The notes: a model not told the origin generated them from the letters alone. DNA of 64,000 nucleotides from Anaerolineales bacterium (GCA_036397095.1 DASWJQ010000108.1:5385-69384), one strand, 5' to 3'. Shown: positions 37,191-46,593, counted from the first letter of the stretch. Numbers and translations: made by a program.

Positions 37191-37438
37191 GCGAGCATTC
37201 GGCCCGCGTTGACGAGCCGGGTCGTCTGGCGGCCCGGCAGGTGCTCGATCGCCACCAGGATGAGCTGCTGGCCAAACCCGGTGTGGTGGGCGTCGGGCTG
37301 GGCGAGGCAGACGACGGCGGTTGGCAGTTGGTGGTCTTGGTTGGAGAGCTCTACGGGGCCTCCCTGCCCGTGGCGCTTGAAGGACTGCCGCTAGCGGTGC
37401 GGGCCATCGGCCAGGTTAATGCGCTTGACGAAGACTGA
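37187..37438 (+). CDS. small protein paralogous to the N-terminal domain of the upstream peptidase
   Basis: ATGA overlap. LLAKPGVVGVGLGEADDGGWQLVVLV parallels LLELENVIGVGEGYRESGGRRTDELVVVVLV of the peptidase. Confidence 0.5.
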   Translation: MSEHSARVDEPGRLAARQVLDRHQDELLAKPGVVGVGLGEADDGGWQLVVLVGELYGASLPVALEGLPLAVRAIGQVNALDED

Positions 37439-37453
37439 GATGTGCCGATCTCG

Positions 37454-39793
37454 CTAGTCAGCCCCAGGCAGCGGGCGTTGCGCAATCACCCATAACCGGC
37501 TGCCATCGGTGGACAGTTCAATCCAGCCCAGTTGATCAGTGCGCAGCACCGCCCGGCCGTCGAGCGCCTCCAGTAAGGCCGTCGATGGACGGTCAGGCAC
37601 TTGACCGGGATCGACCGAAAGCAGCACCGCGCGAGGGTTGAGGCGCAAGAGTTCAGCCGGTGGGGTAATTGTGCCGTCGCCGGCGGCCGGCAGCATCAGC
37701 GCCGACCAGCCCGGCGCTTGCCCGATATCCCTCATCCGGCCCATCCAACCCGCACTGGCTCGCGGGACAAGCAAGATCCGGGCCGAGCCGTCCTCCAACG
37801 CTAGCAGCAAATCGTCGCCGTCGGCCGTCAAGAAGGTAAGAGCGGCGCCCTCACCCAGATCGAGGCGCATCCCCTGGCCGGCTGACCCGATCGGCCGGCC
37901 CATGTCGGACAGGTCTTGCGCCAGGCGCCGGTAGGCGCTGGTGGCCGGCGCTGCGGTCACAATCGCCCCGCCGATGGCATAGCGTTCGACCAGACGGGCG
38001 ATTCCACCGATGGTCTGCTCATCAGCCTTGGTAACGATCAGCCAATCGAGACTTCGTTCGAACGGGGGCAAGCGGCGGTCCAGCGCCTCGCCCAGGGCCA
38101 GCGCACTGGCGCCGCCGTCAATGAGAAGCCGTCGGCCATCCCGGGTCTCGATCAGCACACCATCGCCGGGATGGGTAGCCAGAAAAGTCAGACGCGTTCG
38201 ATCGTCCGGCAGATGGGCCACACGTTGCCAGGCAATAAGCGTAGCCACTGCCAGCCCGGCCAGCGCAACGGCCTGGAGCCAGGTTGGCGGCCGCAGATCT
38301 CCATGAGCCGGTATTCGGTCGGCCAGCCAGGTGACGAATAGGATGAACAGGTACAGCCCGGCCAGTGCCAACGATCCCAGGGGTGGCAGGGTAATGCTGG
38401 CGAGCGGAAGGCCGGCGAAGAACTCGACGACCCGAATGGTGAACGCGGGAAACGGCCAGGCGACGGCGGCCGCCAGGTCGCCCAGCGGCGGCCATACTGC
38501 ACCCAGACCGGTTGCCAGGCCCCCCAGAATCATCAGCGCTGGCTGCACGGGCAGGATGACCAGGTTGGCCAGTGGTGCGATCAATGACAGCCGGCTGAAG
38601 TGGTACAGGATGAGGGGCAGGGTCGTTAACTGGGCGGCCAACGTCAGCAGGAAGTACTCGGAGACCGGTCCCGCCCAGGCTTCGGCCGTGTCTTCAGTGA
38701 CATGGCCCCGGCGGCGCACCAGATTGACGAACCCGGCCTGAAAGCGGTCCCCATAAAGCAGCAACCCGAAAGTGGCCGCGAATGACAGTTGAAAACTCAC
38801 ATCCCACAGCAAGTGGGGATCGACCAAGGTCATTCCGCTGGCGGCCGCGCCGAGCGAGGCGTAGCCAAGGGTTTGACGACCCAGTCGCTGCGCCGCCAGT
38901 GACAGACCGCCCATGACGGCCGCCCGTACAACAGCTGCGTCGGCCCCAACCAGCAAGGTATACAGGGCAATCCCGGCGCCGGCGGCCAGGGCGCCGCGCC
39001 GGGCGCCGAGCCAGCGACCAAAGACGGCCAAAAACAGGGCAGCAATGATCGAAATGTTGAAACCCGAAATGGCGATCACGTGGGTAGTGCCGGTGCGGTC
39101 AAAGGCCTGGCGCACTGGATCCGAAATGCCAGTCTCCACTCCGAGCAGGATGCCGGCCAGCAGGGAGGCCTCCGGCTCGGGAAAGAGCCGGACGAGGCTG
39201 TCCAGCAGGCGGGCGCGCAGCCGGTAGATCGCCCCCTGCCCGTCGATCAAGGGACCCCGACCAAGCTGCATGGCCCGATTGGCAGTCATCAAAGTGTGGA
39301 TCCCGCGCCGTGCCAGGTACGCTCGATAGTCAAAGGCGTCGGAGGCCGGCGGCTCTTGCAGATTGCCGCGCAGTTCGACCCGGTCACCGTAGGCCCAGGG
39401 GGAGAAAGGATCGACGTTGGCAAGGATCAGTCCAGCCTGCGGCTGCCAGCTGCCGCCGTCGGTCAAGATCGACTCGACGGCCACGGTCAAGCCCGTCAGG
39501 CTATCGCGTTGGGCGGGGTAGTCAACCACACGGCCACGTATCGTCAGGCCGCGGCTGAGACCGTGGTAATGAATCAAGGGGCTGTTGGGCAGGGAGGGAT
39601 GGTAGCGGGCAGCACCGAGACAGGCGACCAGCAGAAGTCCAAGCAACAAGCGCTGCCGGCTTTGACTCCGCTGCCAGAGCAGGCCGCCCAGGAACAGGGC
39701 GGCCAGCACAAGCCATTGCCAAGGGCGCAGTGTGAACCTTGACCCGGCCAGAATGCCTGCCAGCCAGGCGCCGCTGAGCCAGAACATTGTCAT
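37454..39793 (-). CDS. comEC: ComEC/Rec2 DNA-internalisation protein with C-terminal metallo-beta-lactamase domain
   Basis: It has a polytopic ComEC core (THVIAISGFNISI) and a C-terminal lactamase_B-like region (HPGDGVLIETRDGRRLLIDGG). Confidence 0.85.
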   Translation of the reverse strand: MTMFWLSGAWLAGILAGSRFTLRPWQWLVLAALFLGGLLWQRSQSRQRLLLGLLLVACLGAARYHPSLPNSPLIHYHGLSRGLTIRGRVVDYPAQRDSLTGLTVAVESILTDGGSWQPQAGLILANVDPFSPWAYGDRVELRGNLQEPPASDAFDYRAYLARRGIHTLMTANRAMQLGRGPLIDGQGAIYRLRARLLDSLVRLFPEPEASLLAGILLGVETGISDPVRQAFDRTGTTHVIAISGFNISIIAALFLAVFGRWLGARRGALAAGAGIALYTLLVGADAAVVRAAVMGGLSLAAQRLGRQTLGYASLGAAASGMTLVDPHLLWDVSFQLSFAATFGLLLYGDRFQAGFVNLVRRRGHVTEDTAEAWAGPVSEYFLLTLAAQLTTLPLILYHFSRLSLIAPLANLVILPVQPALMILGGLATGLGAVWPPLGDLAAAVAWPFPAFTIRVVEFFAGLPLASITLPPLGSLALAGLYLFILFVTWLADRIPAHGDLRPPTWLQAVALAGLAVATLIAWQRVAHLPDDRTRLTFLATHPGDGVLIETRDGRRLLIDGGASALALGEALDRRLPPFERSLDWLIVTKADEQTIGGIARLVERYAIGGAIVTAAPATSAYRRLAQDLSDMGRPIGSAGQGMRLDLGEGAALTFLTADGDDLLLALEDGSARILLVPRASAGWMGRMRDIGQAPGWSALMLPAAGDGTITPPAELLRLNPRAVLLSVDPGQVPDRPSTALLEALDGRAVLRTDQLGWIELSTDGSRLWVIAQRPLPGAD

Positions 39794-39856
39794 GTTCTCC
39801 CCCTGGGCTCATCTACCTCAATTTAGGATAGCACGCGTTGGGGTTGGATGGCCAGG

Positions 39857-40978
39857 CTAGCTGCCGCCGCCGGTGTAGACGATGCGGTAGATGAAGCCAG
39901 CTAGGTCGTCGCTCACATACAGGGCACCGTCCGGACCGACGGCCAGACCCACCGGCCGCCCGCTGACCGAGCCGTCGGCCGCCAGCCAGCCGCTGGCAAA
40001 GTCAACCGGATCGCCCGCTGGCAGACCCCCTTCGAACGGGATGCGGATGACCTGGTAGCCGACCGGCGTGCTGCGGTTCCACGAACCGTGCAGCGCCACA
40101 AACAGGTCTCCCGCGAATTCGTCCGGGAAGGTGTCCCCATCATAGAAAGTCAGTCCAAGCGGGGCTGAATGGGCCTGAAGCTCCACGTCGGCCGCCGGCA
40201 CGCCCTGGCAGCCGTCGGGTGTGGCCAGCTCCGGATCCACGATCTGGCCGGCGTGGCAGGTTGGCCAGCCATAGTCGACGCCCTGCTGCACCTGGTGAAT
40301 GGTATCGGGCGGCAGATCGTCCCCCAGGAAGTCCCGCCCGTTGTTGCTGGCCCAAAGGAGATCGGTGGACGGCTGCAGCGTCAAGCCGACAGCGTTGCGC
40401 AGGCCGCTGGCATAGATCTGCTGGCCCGATCCGTCCGGTCCGTCGTAGCTCACAATGCCCGCCCGACGCCGATCGTCCTCTTGGCAAGCATTGCAGCTCG
40501 AGCCGACCGACACCAGCATGCGCCCGTCGGGCAGGAAGATGACGGTCCGCGTGTTGTGGCCGCCGGTGGGGTAGTCGTCGATCACGACTTGCCGCTCGTC
40601 GGCCACACCGTCGCCGTCCTGGTCGTGAAGAGCCACTACTCCGCTGGGCACGCCGACAAACCAGCGTCCCTGGTGGAAGACAAGGCTGTGCGGTGACGAC
40701 AATTCATCGGCGAACACCGACAGCGAGTCGGCCCGCCCATCCTGGTTTTCGTCGGGCAGCCGGACAATCCTTCCGGCGCCGCGTTCGGCCACGTGCAGCA
40801 CGCCGTCCGGACTGAAGGCGATAAAGCGGGGGCCGACCAAGCCGGAGGCAAAGACCGTGGCTTCGAAACCGGTTGGGAGTTGGAGGCTGGCCCGATCGCC
40901 CTGGCTGACGAAGCCGGCCAGGTTGACCTGGCGCAGCAGGCGCCACACCTGCAGACCGCCGGCCGCCAGCACCACCAA
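39857..40978 (-). CDS. PQQ-dependent (soluble glucose/sorbosone dehydrogenase-like) beta-propeller
   Basis: GLVGPRFIAFSPDGVLHVAE, GHNTRTVIFLPDGRMLVS and YGWP are SGDH motifs. The TTG 40978 start is doubtful and the true start is probably upstream (see findings). Confidence 0.75.
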   Translation of the reverse strand: MVVLAAGGLQVWRLLRQVNLAGFVSQGDRASLQLPTGFEATVFASGLVGPRFIAFSPDGVLHVAERGAGRIVRLPDENQDGRADSLSVFADELSSPHSLVFHQGRWFVGVPSGVVALHDQDGDGVADERQVVIDDYPTGGHNTRTVIFLPDGRMLVSVGSSCNACQEDDRRRAGIVSYDGPDGSGQQIYASGLRNAVGLTLQPSTDLLWASNNGRDFLGDDLPPDTIHQVQQGVDYGWPTCHAGQIVDPELATPDGCQGVPAADVELQAHSAPLGLTFYDGDTFPDEFAGDLFVALHGSWNRSTPVGYQVIRIPFEGGLPAGDPVDFASGWLAADGSVSGRPVGLAVGPDGALYVSDDLAGFIYRIVYTGGGS

Positions 40979-41025
40979 CAGGAGAAGGCCGATGACAGCC
41001 CAGGCCCAGGACCGGCGGCGCCGGC

Positions 41026-41511
41026 TTATCGGAAGGCCTCGCCGCGGGTTGGCTCGCCCTCAAACACCCGCACGGCAACGACGTCGGCTTCGGCGGTCTG
41101 GTTTCCGTCGACGAAGGTGCGGCAGGTCACACGCGTCTTGCGCCCGCTCATCGACTCGACGCGGGCCCGCAGCGTAACAGGCAGCTCATTCGACGTGGGC
41201 AGCAGATAGCGGATGGTGATCGTGCCGGTGGCATAGCGGTAGACCGGATCCGAGCCAACCGGCCGGCTCTCACTGGCGTAGGCTGCTTGCAGGGCGGTGG
41301 CCATCGAATGGCAATCAATCAACGTCGCCAGAATGCCTCCGTTCAGGACCGATTGCCAGCCGTGGTACTTCTCGGCCGATTGCCAGACGGCGACACACTC
41401 CTCGCCGTCCATGAAGCTCTTGATTTGCAGGCCGTCGGGGTTGAGCGATCCGCAACCGAAGCACACGTTGTCGGGCATGAAATCTTGAATGTAGACGCGG
41501 TCTTCGGACAT
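41026..41511 (-). CDS. PaaI/hotdog-fold thioesterase
   Basis: CFGCGSLNPDGLQI... and GGILATLIDCHS are typical of PaaI-type thioesterases. Confidence 0.75.
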   Translation of the reverse strand: MSEDRVYIQDFMPDNVCFGCGSLNPDGLQIKSFMDGEECVAVWQSAEKYHGWQSVLNGGILATLIDCHSMATALQAAYASESRPVGSDPVYRYATGTITIRYLLPTSNELPVTLRARVESMSGRKTRVTCRTFVDGNQTAEADVVAVRVFEGEPTRGEAFR

Positions 41512-41584
41512 CGGCTTCTCCCGGTTGGAATGTGGCGAGTATACCGTTGGCGCGGGCAGGACTGTCGCAGCTGGCGCGGGCCCG

Positions 41585-42130
41585 TCAGCCGGAGTCGGCT
41601 TCGGAGCTGGCCTCGGGGATGTCTTCCCGCCGCAACGGGCAAATGGCGGTAATGCCGCCGGCGTTAAACAGGATCGCCGGGCTGGAGGCCTCGATATTCG
41701 GGTACAGAATGGACTGGAGTTCGGCGTTGTACAGCGGCGAAAAGACGGCTTCGCCCTCGACGAAGATCGTGCTCAGGTCAATCCGGCCGGAAGCCTCCAA
41801 CATACCGCGAACTTCATAGCCCTCCAGCATCATGTGGACCCAGTGCTGGGCCACCGTCGAGTAACCGTGCCTGGTCAGCGACACCGGCCCGAGCTCGCCC
41901 CGGTTGCTGAGCAAGACGGCCGCCAGGCTGCGTTTGTTGAGCCACAGGCGCGGATAACGGGCGACCAAGCGCGCCGGTTGGTGCAGCCGGGTCAAATGGG
42001 CGCCCTCGATTTCGAGCGATGACCGCGTGCGGTCATTCATGAATCCATACAATCCGGCGCTGCCCGGGGTGACCCGGCCCAGCACACGGTGGCTCGAGGT
42101 GTAAATCTCAACGGAGACGGGATTGCTCAT
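41585..42130 (-). CDS. hypothetical protein (181 aa), possible internal duplication
   Basis: Codon usage looks coding and the gene lies 13 nt after the upstream gene. Two halves share a V-x-I/M-x-T/L...V-x-G-x-V/L pattern by eye. No family was recognised. Confidence 0.5.
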   Translation of the reverse strand: MSNPVSVEIYTSSHRVLGRVTPGSAGLYGFMNDRTRSSLEIEGAHLTRLHQPARLVARYPRLWLNKRSLAAVLLSNRGELGPVSLTRHGYSTVAQHWVHMMLEGYEVRGMLEASGRIDLSTIFVEGEAVFSPLYNAELQSILYPNIEASSPAILFNAGGITAICPLRREDIPEASSEADSG

Positions 42131-42143
42131 CAGGCGCCTCCCA

Positions 42144-43787
42144 CTAACCCGCCGGCAGGGCGAAGGTGATCGAAGTGCTGACCGCTGTATGGTTGTGCCA
42201 CAAGTAGCCGCCCATCGACTCAGCGATCAATCTGACCTCGCCCATCGAGAGCCCCGGGCCCAGACTGCCAACCGTAGGATCGGCCTCGGGCAGCGACAGT
42301 GCGCGAACGGTATCCGGGGACAGACCACCGCTTGAATCTGAAACCTCCACCGCCACCCAACGGCCGTCCGGCAGCGACTGTTCCTGGGGCAAGGGGAAAC
42401 CGCTGCTGTAGCCAGCGGTCACATCGAACTGGCGCAGGGTGAGCGCTATTCGTCCCCGCTGGGTACGGCGAATGGCCGCCGCCGTGAGCGCCTCGATCAC
42501 CCGATGGATCCTTCCCTGATGCCCGCGCAGCCGCGGCAAGCGGCCGTTTGATTCGAGCACCAGTTCAAGACTGCGCTGGCGGGCAGCCATCCTCAGCTCA
42601 TCAACTACCCGGGCCGCCACCTGCTCGAGGTCGATGTAAGAACCCTCGGTGCCGGACTCCAGCAGGGCCATCGGCAGTTGGCGCAGGGAAATGACTCGGT
42701 CGAGCATATCCGCCCAGCGCTGGTGGGAGGCGGGATCGGTCTGATCCTTGAGACCGGCCCGCAGTTCGTTTTCCAGCTGCTCCAACCCATGAATTAGATC
42801 CAACGGTATCTGGGCCGTCGCTGGTGTGGGCGGGGGAGCCGACGGCGGCTCGGCGGGCGCAGCGGGTGGCTCGCCGGCCGATTGTTCGAGCGCGACGCCG
42901 GCCCAATCGGCCAGCGCCCCGAGCAAGGTGACATGGTGCTCACTGAATGGACGTGGCGCCAGCCGGTTGTAGACCCCCAGCACGCCAACCGGCCGCTGGC
43001 CGATCCGGACCGGCACCTTGATCAGGGACTGGACCAGAAAACCGGTCTGCACCTTGACCGGTTTTGCTCCTTCTTCGGGCTGGCGGACGATCGGCTGCCC
43101 CGAGCGGAACACGTGACCGGCCAGGGTATCGGTAATGCGCAATCGCTTGAGCGTGCCGCGCGTCTCGCCGGCCGATTTGCTGGCACGCAGCACCACTTCG
43201 CGCGAGCCTTGCTCGGCCAGGTAGATATTGGCTTCTTCGGCGTCGGTCAAGAAGGCGGCCGCCTCGACTACCCGCGTCAGGATGGACTCGAGGTTGCGCA
43301 ATCCAACCACCGTCCGGCCGATCTCACTTAGCCAGCGGATCTCTTCGGAGCGGCGCCTGGCCTGCTCCCGGGTTGACTGCAACCGGCGCGCCAGCAGTTG
43401 GGTCGTGACCTCGGTCGACCGGGCCTCACTCAATGCATAAATCGACTTGCACAGCTCAACGCCTTTGTAGGGCTTGAGCATGACATCGGCCACGCCCAGG
43501 CGGAATAGGTCCCGCAGCCGCGCCGTCGGGAAATGGGCCGCCAGTACGATCGCCGGCGCTTCGTCGCCTTTGGCACGCAGCGTGCGCAAGCCTCCGAGAG
43601 GGTCGCCTAGCTGCTGGGTGATGTCGACCAGCAAGACGTCGGGGGTCGGGGCCTGTGGGTCTTCGGCGGGCCAAGCGCGGATGCCGGCCGGTTTGAGGAT
43701 TTTGTCAATAATCCCCTGGGCGTTGCTGGCTACATCGGCCAGCACCAGAACGACGGGATTGCGGCCGCGGTGATCAAGTTCACTCAT
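42144..43787 (-). CDS. REC - GAF - histidine-kinase-like (HATPase) signalling protein
   Basis: Start at ATG 43787, overlapping the BMC-P stop by 8 nt. It has a REC-like N-terminus (VVLVLAD...DVLLVDI...MLKPY) and a GAF-like middle (ILTRVVEAAAFLTDAEEANIYL...VGVLGVYN). A possible degenerate H-box (ASHQRWADML) precedes the HATPase boxes (DSSGGL, GPGLSMGEVRLIAESMGG). Confidence 0.7.
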   Translation of the reverse strand: MSELDHRGRNPVVLVLADVASNAQGIIDKILKPAGIRAWPAEDPQAPTPDVLLVDITQQLGDPLGGLRTLRAKGDEAPAIVLAAHFPTARLRDLFRLGVADVMLKPYKGVELCKSIYALSEARSTEVTTQLLARRLQSTREQARRRSEEIRWLSEIGRTVVGLRNLESILTRVVEAAAFLTDAEEANIYLAEQGSREVVLRASKSAGETRGTLKRLRITDTLAGHVFRSGQPIVRQPEEGAKPVKVQTGFLVQSLIKVPVRIGQRPVGVLGVYNRLAPRPFSEHHVTLLGALADWAGVALEQSAGEPPAAPAEPPSAPPPTPATAQIPLDLIHGLEQLENELRAGLKDQTDPASHQRWADMLDRVISLRQLPMALLESGTEGSYIDLEQVAARVVDELRMAARQRSLELVLESNGRLPRLRGHQGRIHRVIEALTAAAIRRTQRGRIALTLRQFDVTAGYSSGFPLPQEQSLPDGRWVAVEVSDSSGGLSPDTVRALSLPEADPTVGSLGPGLSMGEVRLIAESMGGYLWHNHTAVSTSITFALPAG

Positions 43788-44049
43788 ACATTTGTATCGA
43801 GTCGACGATGCCCACGACAACGGAGCGGACACAGCCCTCAGGCTGATCCAGAACCTGGCGGGCGCCGTTACCCTCGTCGTTGATCAGGACCGTGTCGCCG
43901 ACGCCGGCATGGGTGATGTCGAGCGCCACCAGATCCTCTTGCTCCTCATTGTCGGGATCGAGTGGCTGCACAACCAGCAGCCGACGCTGCTTGAAGTCAG
44001 GGTGGCTTATTGTGGTGACTACGGTGCCGACGACTTTCCCTAGAATCAT
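43780..44049 (-). CDS. BMC-P (EutN/CcmL-family) vertex protein
   Basis: MILGKVVGTVVTTISHPDFKQRRLLVVQPLD...GVGDTVLI is the EutN/CcmL pattern. Confidence 0.85.
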   Translation of the reverse strand: MILGKVVGTVVTTISHPDFKQRRLLVVQPLDPDNEEQEDLVALDITHAGVGDTVLINDEGNGARQVLDQPEGCVRSVVVGIVDSIQMYE

Positions 44050-44058
44050 GACATGGTC

Positions 44059-44373
44059 TCAACTGTAGAGGTTGAGCCCCTTCTTGAGTTGGAAGTCAAT
44101 GCCTTCTTGGATGTTCAGTTCGTCGACAATGCCGATGATGGCCAGATCGATCGGGACGAACGTCTCATTGCGCATGGCCAAGGCCGCCTCGCGTGAGGCC
44201 ACCGTCAGGCACAAGTCGCCCGGCCCGGCTTCGACCACGTCCGCCGCCACCTGCAGGCTGTCGACCGGTTCCAGGCGTTTGTTCACCGGCTGCACCACCA
44301 GCAAGCTGACGCCTTTGATCCCGTCGACCTTCAGGGTGCAAACGGCGCGGCCATGCACCCTGGCCAAGTTCAC
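44059..44373 (-). CDS. BMC-P (EutN/CcmL-family) vertex protein
   Basis: GTG start. LARVHGRAVCTLKVDGIKGVSLLVVQP...GPGDLCL... It carries a C-terminal extension. Confidence 0.85.
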   Translation of the reverse strand: MNLARVHGRAVCTLKVDGIKGVSLLVVQPVNKRLEPVDSLQVAADVVEAGPGDLCLTVASREAALAMRNETFVPIDLAIIGIVDELNIQEGIDFQLKKGLNLYS

Positions 44374-44374
44374 C

Positions 44375-44734
44375 TTAACTCACTCCCAACTGGTCGAGTA
44401 CGCGATCGAGGATGCGGTCGAGCAGTTCCTGGTCGACCTGGTCGCCGAGCTTGTGGCCAACCGCTTGCCGGACGCGCTGGCGAATGTCGCTGGCTGCTGG
44501 CAGGCTGCCACCATCATCCGACTTGGTCTCGAGTGGCGGCGCATAGCGCATGGAGGCCGCTTGACGTGCGGCCTGCTCGGGGATCTGGTAGGCGCCGACG
44601 ATGATGATGCCTTCTTTGGCGGCTCGCTCGCGAGCCAGGTCGGTCATCCGATCCTCGGGCCCAAGGTGCAGCTGGCGCCCTCCCGCCTGGGCAAGGTCGA
44701 CGATGTCAACTTCGGTGTAAAACTCGGCAGCCAT
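44375..44734 (-). CDS. BMC-associated hypothetical protein with C-terminal amphipathic helix
   Basis: Start moved to ATG 44734 (MAAEFYTEVDIVDLA...). The C-terminal DQELLDRILDRVLDQLG resembles an encapsulation peptide. Confidence 0.55.
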   Translation of the reverse strand: MAAEFYTEVDIVDLAQAGGRQLHLGPEDRMTDLARERAAKEGIIIVGAYQIPEQAARQAASMRYAPPLETKSDDGGSLPAASDIRQRVRQAVGHKLGDQVDQELLDRILDRVLDQLGVS

Positions 44735-44751
44735 CGCTACACCGCCTCGTG

Positions 44752-45381
44752 CTACTCGGCGCGGCCTTCGAGGGCGCCCAGCGCAGTATCGACCGCTTCG
44801 CGCGCCGTGCTGATTTCGGACTCGGATCCGGACAACCACATTCGGCCAAAACGACCGATCCCCGAGAAGTGAAGCAGGTTAATACTGGCCGACTTCTCGG
44901 CTTCGTTGCAGGCGTAAGTGATGTAGGCGGCCGGTGCAACTTCCATCACCAGCATGGTCTGGCCTGGAATCAACATCGTGCCGCGCCTGAAACGATTGAT
45001 CAGCTGCGCCTGGTAAGGCTCGACATTGGTGATGATCTGGTTGGAAATCACCTGCGGTTTGACCCGGTCTTCTCGTTTCAATCCCAGCCGATCCAGCACG
45101 ATGCGGCCCGCTTCAAGCACCTCGGCCTGCTCGGGGTGATGGACTTCGAAGGTGCCGAATTCGCGTTCGACAATCTGCACGCCCGGCCGGGCCCGCGTCG
45201 CTTTGACGGCGATGTCGACGACGCGGAACACTTCATTACCTGGCGCCATCTCGATGTAGAGCGAAGCCATGCCCTCGGTCGACAGGTCGCCCTGGGTAAT
45301 CGTACCGATGAATGCGGCGAACTGGGCCTGCATGCGATCGAGGTACACGTAGCAGCGAAGTGAGAAATCAGTGCTCATCAA
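44752..45381 (-). CDS. BMC-T (tandem BMC-domain) shell protein
   Basis: Two BMC-like halves are each marked by the shell-domain helix (FRVVDIAVKATRARPGVQIV and AYITYACNEAEKSASINLL). 209 aa. Confidence 0.7.
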   Translation of the reverse strand: MMSTDFSLRCYVYLDRMQAQFAAFIGTITQGDLSTEGMASLYIEMAPGNEVFRVVDIAVKATRARPGVQIVEREFGTFEVHHPEQAEVLEAGRIVLDRLGLKREDRVKPQVISNQIITNVEPYQAQLINRFRRGTMLIPGQTMLVMEVAPAAYITYACNEAEKSASINLLHFSGIGRFGRMWLSGSESEISTAREAVDTALGALEGRAE

Positions 45382-46247
45382 CGGCTCCAGTTCGAAACGG
45401 CTTCTAACAAGCTGGGATTGGCAGCCAATGGGCGGCCCAGCGCCAGCCCCAGCGGCGTGACCAGTTGGGTGTGCGGTGCCACCGTCGCCGGCAAGCCGGT
45501 CACCTCGGCCACGACCTCGTCGATGCCGGGGAAGGCGCAGGCGCCACCCACCAGGTGGATCTGATCGACGGACCGGCCAGCCAGGTGGCGGGCTATGATC
45601 GTGCCAATCTTCTCCATGACCGGCCGGACCATCCCCAGGAGTCGACTTTGTTCGCCCGGTGTTTCTTTCAGGCGTTCGGCGTCTTCATACGAAATGTCGA
45701 GCGCCCCGGCGATCACAAGGTTGAAATGGGTGCCGCCGGTGGCTTCATCGGCGGTGTACACAATCTCGCCTCGCTCAACGACGGCGATCCCGGTTGTACC
45801 CCCACCGACATCAACAATTGCACCCTGGCGAATTCCCAGGACGTTGTTGGCCGCCGACGGTTCGTCGATCAGCTCGAGGCAGTCCATGCCGGCGCTTTGC
45901 ACGACATGAGCGATGGCCTGACGCTCCGGCTCGGGCACCCCGGGGGGATAGCCGGAGACAGCCGCCGTCAGGGTTCGCTGTAGTTCGGCCTCGACTTCCG
46001 CCTTCATTTGGCGGAGCCGGTCGACGGCGCCGATGAAATCGACGACCAGGCCGTCGCGGACGACCTGTGCTGGCCACAGGCGACCGGCCAGCGGCTGCCC
46101 CTGGTCGTCCAGGGCCAGCAGCACCATCTTGGCCGTGCCCAAGTCGACACCGACGCGCACATCGCCCTGCACCGCCGGGCGGCCGGGCGTTGCGCCGGTG
46201 AGAACGGCCTGGGCCTCGGCGAGCAGAGCCTCGGCGGCCGTGTTCAC
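45378..46247 (-). CDS. eutJ: EutJ-like actin/Hsp70-fold putative chaperonin
   Basis: VGVDLGTAKMV...DVGGGTTGIAV...ATGGTHFN are ASKHA phosphate and adenosine motifs in the EutJ arrangement. Confidence 0.85.
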   Translation of the reverse strand: MNTAAEALLAEAQAVLTGATPGRPAVQGDVRVGVDLGTAKMVLLALDDQGQPLAGRLWPAQVVRDGLVVDFIGAVDRLRQMKAEVEAELQRTLTAAVSGYPPGVPEPERQAIAHVVQSAGMDCLELIDEPSAANNVLGIRQGAIVDVGGGTTGIAVVERGEIVYTADEATGGTHFNLVIAGALDISYEDAERLKETPGEQSRLLGMVRPVMEKIGTIIARHLAGRSVDQIHLVGGACAFPGIDEVVAEVTGLPATVAPHTQLVTPLGLALGRPLAANPSLLEAVSNWSR

Positions 46248-46257
46248 CTAGGGTCGG

Positions 46258-46593
46258 CTATGACTTCTTGCTGGATGATTCGGAGCGACCGCCGATCCCA
46301 CCCTTGGAGCGTTGCGGCAGAATCATCTCGACGTCCTCGTGGGGACGCGGGATAACGTGCGCCGACACCAGTTCGCCAACGCGCTTGGCCGCTGCTGCGC
46401 CGGCATCGGTGGCTGCCTTGACGGCGCCAACGTCGCCGCGCACCAGGACGGTCACGTAGCCGCCGCCGGTGTACTCGGAGCCAATCAGGGCGACATTGGC
46501 CGCCTTGACCATGGCATCGGCTGCTTCGATCGACCCGATCAAGCCGCGAGTCTCAACCATGCCGAGGGCGATCATCGAGATTTCTTGGGCCAT
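46258..46593 (-). CDS. BMC-H (PduA/EutM-type hexamer) shell protein
   Basis: [30 protein letters not shown]...[19 protein letters not shown] is the canonical Pfam00936 sequence. GGAGGAAG RBS. Confidence 0.9.
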   Translation of the reverse strand: MAQEISMIALGMVETRGLIGSIEAADAMVKAANVALIGSEYTGGGYVTVLVRGDVGAVKAATDAGAAAAKRVGELVSAHVIPRPHEDVEMILPQRSKGGIGGRSESSSKKS

